A program made the translations under genes and the position numbers. The notes beneath the pieces are model-generated. The model did not search any database. It was not told the origin of the DNA and saw only the letters and a program-made list of their open reading frames with translations. 64,000 nucleotides of DNA from Nymphaea colorata (taxonomy: Eukaryota): contig NC_045138.2 in NCBI RefSeq assembly GCF_008831285.2, forward strand, positions 27,838,001-27,902,000, given 5' to 3'. This document shows, piece after piece, positions 28,404-37,700 of the stretch (the stretch's first letter is position 1; each line of letters begins with the position of its first letter).

Positions 28404-29462
28404 AGTCAAGTAAAATTAGTATGTACCTGCAGCCCGTTCATCTGTTTGAATGATAGTGCAGTCAAGCCTTCTCTTACGTGCAGTGCAGTGCAGTTACATA
28501 TGTTGATTATAAAAATGAAATTGCAAGGTCTGGCCTTGATGAGTTACTATCATTTTGAAGACAATATTGGATCTTGGAGAGATATGAAGGCACGTAATCC
28601 AAGACATAACCAGAGGTTGATTTTGGTTTCGATGACAACGCGGATCGCAAGAAGAAGCTTAGTTTTTCTATACCATCATTCACCATGTTGGCCTTCACGT
28701 CCTCCCTCTCCCCCAACGCAAGATCAGGTATCCGTAACAGTCTTCAAATTGTCATAATATGACAGAGATATATTGCTCCTACTGGCCTAACACCCATGAG
28801 AATCAAACTAATGACAAACTACAGAAATATAATGATCATGTCCTTAAACCTAAATCATATTCAAGAATCTATTTAGTAGAATGTGGAGAAAAGAGATATA
28901 CGTACAGCACCAGTTTTACATAAAGTTAAAGTTTAGATCAATAAACTTTTTCTTGATCATTATAAATTTTATTTGACCATCTAAGCAAAACTTAATTCCA
29001 AGTATCAAATTATCTTGGTACTTGGTCAAAGTAATCTCATTTATGTGGCTAAATTCTGGGGTTGGAAAAAAGAAGGAAACCTATAACCTTGAACTTCGAA
29101 GTATAGTTGAGAATTTAGCAATTATATTGGTGTTCGCAGCTCTGGCGCGAAAAAGTTCCTGGTAGAAGTGCAATCTGCGACATGTAAGTTATTGGGACCG
29201 ACGTGAATGCTCGGGGCTGGCTGACCAATCAGAAGAATGCTCGGATGCTGCCGCCGGTGGAGAAGACGGCACACGTTGGCTTTGATCCACAATTAAGTTG
29301 AAGAGGCGGAGAAGAAAGGAAAGAATTGATGTAGCAGTACTTACCTGGCTTTGCATTCACTGTTGAAGAAGCCACCAAAAATATTACTAGGTAGAGTACC
29401 GCCAAAAGATGGAAGTTGCTCCATGTTTTCTGAACGGCGACTCTCATTCTCCCCTCCTCCAT
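20380..29462 (-). CDS. Malectin-like domain LRR receptor-like Ser/Thr kinase (LRR-I, IOS1/FRK1-like family), 14 exons, ~875 aa
   Basis: Exons (minus strand): 29462-29345 (signal peptide; alternative ATG 29447), 26982-26460 and 25420-24963 (malectin-like), 24864-24726 (W-x-GDPC), 24622-24551, 24481-24410, 24324-24244 (LRRs), 24159-24035 ([27 protein letters not shown]), 22686-22657 (30-nt micro-exon, least certain), 22569-22376, 22272-22146, 21513-21445, 21337-21148, 20809-20380. Total 2628 nt in frame. Kinase motifs [34 protein letters not shown] are intact. Confidence 0.92.
21381..21435. repeat. (GA)n/(CT)n microsatellite filling much of a short kinase-domain intron
   Basis: Directly visible inside intron 21338-21444 of the minus-strand RLK. 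Confidence 0.9.
27404..27721. mobile_element. MITE of the same family as 15060-15322, in intron 1 of the minus-strand RLK
   Basis: Right end CCCGATGCCCAGGCCTA, GGCCCG-rich subtermini, AT-rich core; left end degenerate. Confidence 0.65.
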
Positions 29463-29540
29463 TTCCCTTCCGCGCGCTCGAAAACCACAATGAAGGGAAC
29501 TTGGCAGAGGCTATCAGAAGCTGTTACTGACGTTGTTTGA

Positions 29541-29542
<2 letters not shown>

Positions 29543-29621
<79 letters not shown>
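29543..29621. repeat. Compound (TA)n(GA)n microsatellite ~80 nt upstream of the minus-strand RLK start codon
   Basis: Directly visible. Confidence 0.95.
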
Positions 29622-29627
<6 letters not shown>

Positions 29628-31239
29628 AGGATCAATAGCTTCAATTAATCTTATAGCTGTATAAGTTTTTCATAGACCTCTAAGTGTACCCCACATCATA
29701 GTTGGCTGACTTACCTAGTTGGCTTAGGAATCGCCGGAGTCAACTCGGATCGCTAGAAAACTTGGCCATGAGTCGAGGTTGGCTCGGCTTGCTCCTAACT
29801 CGTCCTAACTCACCTAATTCATGTTGTTTTAAAATTCATCGAGTCAATGCACTGACCCGGTCATCGGCCGATTACAGAAGCTGAAACGAGGAATGTCAAC
29901 GGTTGATAGATGTTCCGATATTTATATTTAAATTTAGATGGGAATGTGAATGTAGAAGGCCTATACCATATCTGGATCCAAATTTCAGTTTGAAATCCAA
30001 ATTCGATCTGAGTTCGATTTTTAAGTTCACATCTTTATCCAAATCGAACTTGTAAACACATAACCTAATCCACCTTTGAAATCGTATAAATATTGGAGAT
30101 ACGATAATTGTTTAAAAAGTAAATGCAAGTTTGAACCTAAATGTCTCATGTACTTCCCCTCGCCCTTGGCTTTTGACTAGAGATCCATCAATTTCAGGGA
30201 CAATATCTTGTCAGATAATGAACCTAATTAAGATGGAACCCAAAAGAATTAGTTGACGAAATTAGTGGAAAATATATTATCAGAAAGGATGACAAGATCA
30301 TGCCATCAATTACAAAGACAGTGAGGAACCAAATAGATTAGACTTTCGAATTATATAAGACCTGAATTAATCAACGCCCCTTAGGTTTTCTCTGAGAATC
30401 TTTGATAATTACCTCAAGTCTTAGATTCATGGTGAACTGATGTCTTGTATATCAGGAATTTCCAGAAATTATCCTTGGCAACATGGTTTCGTAATCCTTG
30501 TAATATTTCTAATTATGCTTGTCAAGTAAGACCTTGCGATAAAAAATTCATATATTTGACCGATATTAGAACTTAAGTTCGCCGAAAGTCTACTTTTTAC
30601 TAGAACGATGAATTTAAGGTGAGCCTTGCACCCTCAAAAGAATGAGCGACTTGAAAAGACTTCTTGTGTAATAAGAAAGTACTTCTCAATGAGTTTGCCC
30701 TTAATTTTCTTTTTGATATATTCATGGAGTCCTCCCTTCTGGAGATTCCTGTTTTTGGCCCCATCTTTACCTATAAGTCTAAAAAGGATACCACTTTTTA
30801 TGATTTTCTTAATGATGCAATCAAATGGGGTCCTGGTAAATGTTTGTTAACGTAAAAAGTGTTAGCTAGAAAACTATAAGAACATGGTAACCTAGTGAAA
30901 GAAGATAATATTGGAAAGAAAATGCAGCAAATGTTTTCATTTTTCAAATTAATGAAGATTCACTCCATGTTCCTTCTTGATGGTTTTCATGAAAAGTGTG
31001 GCATTTTAAGAAAATTACAAAATGTGGTCTCGTTGTTTGAAATTATGGGCAAAAGGTGGACCGGAAATTTGGCCATGTTTAATTCACATATAGCTAGTCT
31101 TGCATGATATTTTTTCAGTGCTACCTTACCTTGCTTCTTGCAAATTGTCCAATCCATTTTTTTTTCTCCTAAAGGATCTGAAGAATTTTAATTTAAAGTG
31201 GGACAAAGTTGATTAGAGTATTTAGCCGCTGCAAATTCA

Positions 31240-32346
31240 ACTCCTATGGCCACCTTACCTAGTTTAACCAAAGCATGAACACAATTTGATGATGCTACAC
31301 TATATAGAAGTATTGAGGGAGCCCTCCATTATGTCACAATGATTAGACAAAGCATAGCATTTTCTATTAACTTTGTGTGCCAGTTTATGCAGGAACTCAC
31401 GAAGAACATTGGGCATTAGTGAAACGCATCACTCAGTATTTAAAAGGAACAATTGATTACGTCAAAACTTAAAAAGGATATCCATAGTTCGCTCAACATT
31501 TTCTCTGATGTTGACTGGGCTGGATGTCCAAATGATCAAAGGTCCACAAGCGGGTATGCGATTATTAAGGCTCGAACCTTATTTCATGGAGTTCAAAGAA
31601 ATCAAATACTGTATCCAGATCTAGTACTAAAGTAGAATACATAACTCTAGCAATTGCAACTATAGGTAGCATTACTAAGAGAATTAGGTAATCAAACTCC
31701 AACTCTATGGTGTGATAACGTAGGTTCAACACATGTTGCTTCTCATCCTATCGAAGCAAACATATTGAAATCGATGTACATTTTTCATACAAGATAAGAT
31801 TGCTAAGAAAGAGTTACAAATTCATATATGTCAACTGATGATCAAGTGGCGGATATTTTAATAAACCTCTATCGACTAAAAAACATCAATACTTTATTAG
31901 CAAGCTCAATGTCCAAGCCTGTACAATGAGCTTGAGGGAGGCTATCAAAGAAAAGGTTGACACCACGACGCACAATATTGAGAAGGAAGAACAAGACGTT
32001 AGAGCAAATAAAGTAATTCTTATAGACGTTGAAACACGATTACAATGCAAGACAAGAATGCCTTTACAGAGATGCCAATACAAAAAGGGATTGCGTTGGA
32101 ACTACCAACGTCTTAAGACTAACACAAATGATTTCCTTGCTTTTAAGCATTGTGGATCTGAGGGCATCCAGCCTTATCTCCAAATTTAAAATATATAGTG
32201 GGAACCTATAAAAAACAAGAAAGAAAAAAATAATTAATGATCAAGAGAGGAAAGTGGACGTAGGCCAACAGCGAACCACTCCAAAAAAATTTATTGTCTT
32301 TTTCTCTCTGTCTCTCTCTCTCTCTCTTTTCTTCCGGGTTTTATCA
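31240..32346 (+). mobile_element. Decayed Ty1/copia LTR retrotransposon 3' remnant (end of RT, RNase H, PPT, 3' LTR)
   Basis: Frameshifted peptides STPM..., DATLYRSIEGALHYVT, HWALVKRITQYLKGT, FSDVDWAGCPNDQRSTSGY, ISWSSKK..TVSRSST, TLWCDN, KHIEIDVHF, STDDQVADI. PPT TTGAGGGAGG at 31932-31941. Putative LTR ~31943-32346 carrying the copia LTR motif GTGGACGTAGGC..GAACCAC at ~32254. Absent from the homologous site at ~55595-55630. Confidence 0.9.
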
Positions 32347-33929
32347 TCATGTTGAGCAGGTTTTTCAAAACACAAATATGTAAATGCACACTTGAATTCA
32401 TCTTGAAGATTATATTAAATATCCACACATAAAATTATCTATACCTTCATAAATAACAATTAAGCACAGCCCAATATTATTGATCACGATTATGGTCTGA
32501 AATGTACAAATTAAAAATAGCACATACGAGCCCACAAGTGAATAAATTGAAGCGTCATACCCCTCAGTGTCAGCTGGCCATCGTTGGCATTCGTTGCCTG
32601 CGGCGGACAACTAATAAATATATGTAATTTATGACATATTAAAGCTATGTTATGATTCTTAATTGAGGGTACTGTGTCCCATCATCAAACCTCTTAACAG
32701 CAACTAATAAAAAAAAAAATTCCAACACCGGAAGGATTCAAAGCCTTGTAGTCTTCCATTTTTCATTCCAATATTTACTTTCTAAATTTTGAGTTTTTAA
32801 TTTGGTGTGCAAACAGTGTGCAGTTGGTTTGATTTCCACAGGTATTACTCTCCAGAACTGAAAAAATTGGCACCGCAACCACTTAAAGCCCTAAACCCTA
32901 AAAAGAAGGGGTTAAGTTGGGAAGTCCGAAACTTCAAATCTTCTTTAAGGAAAAAAGATAATAAGAAAAAAAAAAAAAAAAGAGAGAATGAAGAATCCGC
33001 TCCACCCGACGTTATCCGATACGCATGACCATATTGGCTTCCGAACAGACCCATACAGGGACAATAAGAGGTTTAAAGTTTTCATCTTTTTAAATCAATT
33101 TAAAAGTAGTTTAGATTATTTTGTAAATTCATAATAAAATTTAAAAAGTTATAGATACGACGACAAGCGAAAATTGGCAACTCACAATCGCATGCATTTG
33201 GCGTAGCAGATCCAAATTTACTCTCTTGCTGCTGTCATATAATAAATGGATAGGTTTCATCCAATTTCACCACATCCAAATTTGACCTTTTTTTTGTGGC
33301 TCGACTACAAAATAGGCACTTATTACAAGATTCATCAACTTTGAATCGCCTGAGTTTTCTAATTATTTAGATTAAAAATATACTTCCAAGACACCACTAA
33401 TATGAACAAATAATTAGCCAGAACCATCCATTGAAACATACTAGTTGACCTATAAAGCCCTGAGCTGCCTTTCTTCGTTTGTGGGAGTCACGTAACAGTT
33501 TTTGCAGTCATTGTCACAAAGAGTTGAAGTGTAATGAAGAGTATTACTTTGCATAACATGACAGCTAAAAAACAGAAGCATACCTTTCATTAATGGGGGC
33601 TACAATTTTTGTGGCTGACTAATACAAAATATCTTAGGTTTCGAGGGCACGAATAGGCAATAAACTAAATCATGTGGAACAATCAATATATAAACAAAAG
33701 AAATTATGTGGGTTTGTGTGACAGCTGCCTACACAAGCTCAGAGCTAGCTATGAAAGTCAGCTGATCTTTGTAGAATTGAAGTAATCTAATATAATAAGT
33801 TTGTAAGAAACAAAAGTAAGTGGTACTCTAGGGGTGGTGTGGCTAGCCACGGTTGCATACTCTTTCTACTCTAAATTCTGGAACAGGTAAATGAAACGTT
33901 ATTAAACATTTCCATTAGCCAAACGACCC

Positions 33930-34158
33930 AAGGTACACGCGTCCGTGCGTGTGGAACCCCAAGTCCGAGTTTTGAAACTAGCTCTAATACCACTATAACA
34001 ACCCAACCCACTCCCGGGTTCGGGCCCTTGGTTCGACGGATGCCAACCCGCCCCCTAACAGTTTCGGTTTCGATCCTAAAAAAATTAGGAACCAGGACAA
34101 TCATCATTGAAGATCCCTCATAATCTTCGATACGAGACTAAACTTCTAGGGTGTTATA
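33930..34158 (-). mobile_element. Truncated TRIM-like element (internal region + PBS + one LTR) upstream of copy A
   Basis: GCTCTAATACCA (33981-33992) is the reverse complement of a Met-tRNA PBS with one mismatch, followed by TATAACA...TGTTATA (33994-34158). Homologous to 17320-17600. Absent from the equivalent position in unit B (~44800-44857). Confidence 0.75.
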
Positions 34159-34720
34159 GATTGAAGTCTAAAAATCAAAAGCAGTATGGAGTTACTTTAC
34201 AAGTGATTCCAAATTCGCTTACAATATATATTTGACTGAGATTAGACAGAAAATCCAACCCGGATACATATGTGTTGGATTTCATGCTAATCTGTATAAA
34301 TTTGATTTTTTTTTTAAAAAAAAAAACTGGTTCAAATCTTATTAAGTCGAGTTTGGTAGACCGAAGAGTTTGGCCCGAAAGGCAGATGCTGAACCCCTAT
34401 GAATATAGTCAAATGTTTGAATTGATTTTTCTTGATGAACACTGAAAAGTTGAGGCTCCATTTCGAAGAATTTCATAACTGAGCTGTATAGGTACTAAAG
34501 AATCTACATATGACATGGTTGAAGCTGATTATGGCAGAGCTTAAACTAACATTTCCTATTTAATTAGATCTCGTCACGTAGGTCTTCGGACTGTACAACC
34601 AGTTGTCCTGTGGGGGATAACTTCCATCTTCCCTTAAATTGTGTCCGTGGTCCTTTTGCCTCTATTTTGCACATTCTGCTTTGGCTCCTTCGAAGGTTCT
34701 GAAACAAACAATAGCCAAGC

Positions 34721-37700
34721 ATGAACGAATGGCGTTTCATCTTCCTTCTATTTATCTGGAACGTCGTTGTGTTCGTCCATTCTCAGAACGGTAAAGTAAA
34801 TCTTTTCTCAGATAGGTGTCATGGGCATGACATAGATAATGGAATCACATAGCATGCAGATAAGGCTTTCTTTTTCTCAGAATATGTAGTTTCATTACGT
34901 ATAACTGTGATATTAAGATAGAAGCCGCTGAGGGATTGATTTTACGTATATCTGTGGTATTCATGGATACAGCAAAAAGCATAACAGCGAAGAAACTTAT
35001 TCGCCTCATCGGAATCAGATCAAGTAATTGCGCAATTAGTTACGTTTACTATGAAATTCTTTTAATAGACTGCTAAACGTTGATCCTTTCAGATTCTGAG
35101 AGAATCATTACCCAAGTGTTTGGTTCGTGAGTTGTTAACTAAATAAAGTTCATTCAGGAAAGAGATCTCCAGGTACCGGAGCCTGCAGATATGGCTTTAC
35201 GCAATGCAGTAAGCTCTTTCCGGTCATGCTGTCAATATTGGCATCCTGCTCCATAAGATGCATGGCCAAAGTGTGTTTATGAAGGTAACATGACTATTCA
35301 GATGAAGAGCTTCCGTGATGCCATCTGATCCTCACTCTGCGTCCCCTTTTGGCTTTCTTCAGTTTGAAGGTTTTAACTTGGTCAATAAGGCAATAAAACG
35401 CCAACGTGTTGTTTGATTATGAGACAAATCTTTTGTATACAAAGTATAAACACATAGATATGGCACAGTTTGTCTTTGTGTAATCTTCACCCCAGAACGT
35501 TTCAACTTCTTCAGACAAAAGAAAGAAGTTAAACATAGCAATTGATTGACGGCAAAGAACTCTTAAGTCTTAACTACATTTTGGGAGGAGAGGAGACGTC
35601 TTATAGTCTTGATATATAAAGAAAAGTAATGCTAGAAGTAGGCTATCCGGAATGGTTTTATTGATATCTAAATCAGGAATTTCTTGAATCATCTTCTTGG
35701 GACTTACGCCTGTGAATCTTTACAGGATATATAAGTTTGAACTGCGGGCTTCCAGAAGGATCGACTTCCCTTGATGAAATAGGCTACACTTACACTTCAG
35801 ATCAAGCCTACATCGCGTCCGGGGAAATAAAAGAAGTGGCCACTCAATTCGCAAGCAGTCCAGTAATGTACCATACGTTAAGGTCCTTCCCCAATTACAG
35901 AAGGAACTGCTACACCTTGACACCGGTGACTCAGGGGAAGAAGTACCTGATTCGAGCTTCTTTCATGTATGGCAACTACGACGGCCAGAACCTGCTGCCC
36001 ACCTTCGACCTCTACCTGGGAGCCGAACCGTGGGACACGGTGAAGCTGGATAACGCAAGTCACATTCTGTGGACTGAGATTATCGCCGCGGCACAGTCGT
36101 CGAACATAAGCGTGTGCCTCGTGAAAACTGCCGGAGTCAATCCTTTCATCTCCGGCCTGGAGCTTCGTCCTGCTGATGACATCTATAATAATACTCAATG
36201 GCCTAGTTGGCTCAAAACCTACATGAGGATTAATGCTGGTTCAAATGGACCATCCAGGTTTGTTGTCTTTCTGCTCAACCATTTTCATCTGCTTTAACTC
36301 AGTCATAGTGTCAAATCGCCACCGGGCTGTGCTCTGGATTAGCATGCATGTAGGTCCAGAGAAGCGACGGAAATTTTTTCTTGCAGACAGTTTGGGAGAA
36401 CTGTGGAAAATGTCGCCGAAATGCTTGTTGCTGCTTAGTCCAATTATGTTTGGTGATTCGTCATTTTTACACACTTAAAAACTAATTATGTTTATTTTGA
36501 CAAGACTTAATTGGGTGAATCCAACGGGTTAGCAGTTAGCACAAGTGACGGGAGCAGACTTGAGTGGCCCTATGTTCAGTTCCCATCGTTGTGGTTTCTC
36601 ATATAAGCATAACCTTGGCAACTTGGCATACGATCGTGAACTTAAACCTCATTGTACCCCCTTCACGTTAGAATGTTTGCCACAAGCTGCCTTGCCCTAG
36701 TGGAATCTCTTGGGATCCATAGAGCGGTTACCTTCATTGATATGAGAGAAGCAACCATTTTCCATGGAAAATAAGTTCAGTATGCGACCCTTAAACGGCG
36801 GGTAGATCCTACTTCCAATATGCATATTTACTTTAATCTTTTAATATTGCACATTCACAAAGAACATTGAGAATAATATCATTTTTTCATACCCATGTCA
36901 TTATCTACACACTTCCCGATATCTATCTCAAACCTATAGCATTTTAAATAATGACATGGAGTGGTATGAGACAATGGCAAAGATATGCGATATGATAGAG
37001 GTATGTCATTCCACCCTTGGTCATTATTGTCAATGTTATGGGTATGAGACAATGATAGATGTACTAGATAACAACAACAACGGTATGAGATAATAGGTAT
37101 GATATAACAATATAAGGTAATGACAGGGGTATGAAGCAATGGGTATGAGACAACGAGAGAGATATGAGATAACGACATGAGCAGAACAAAAAAACGAAAA
37201 TGCTTCTTTGAAGCTCACATGAGTATTTTGGTCATAACAATTTGTGTATATGGATTAACACAATCATTCGATCTGAGCTTTATTGAATCCTAAAATCATA
37301 CTTTTTTTGGTTTTCTTTTTTGTCCCTACAAAAAATTCTCTTTTTTTTAATTAATGAAAAGCATTTTTCATCAATATCATATTGGCGCACAAAAATTTTG
37401 TGCACCCTTGAAGGGTTAAATCTTCTATACTCCGAAGTGGTTAATCTTTTCTAAAAATAAGAAGGCTAAATTTCTAGCATTCACGAAAAACTTAAGTTAC
37501 ATGGGTATAGGTAAGATTTGGAGACGAGTAAGAGATATGAGTACATACATAACAACCTTAGGAAAATGTGGTATGGAGTACAGCAGTATATATATATATA
37601 TGTATATATAAAATAAAACAAAATAATCAAAATGAAAGCAACAATTAAATAACAAGTGATATAAATAAAATAATGATATGTTAACCAACAATTACTCCAA

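Noticed and set aside
28356..28757. 133-aa and 69-aa ORFs inside intron 1 of the minus-strand RLK
   Set aside because: One starts in a (TA)n tract; neither resembles a known protein.
35878..36198. Conserved 106-aa antisense ORF in all three copies
   Set aside because: Simply the reverse strand of the near-identical exon 2.
36880..37180. Regularly recurring GGTATGAGA motifs, superficially array-like
   Set aside because: Short degenerate motifs with irregular spacing in a plant intron; not CRISPR, likely transposon subterminal repeats.
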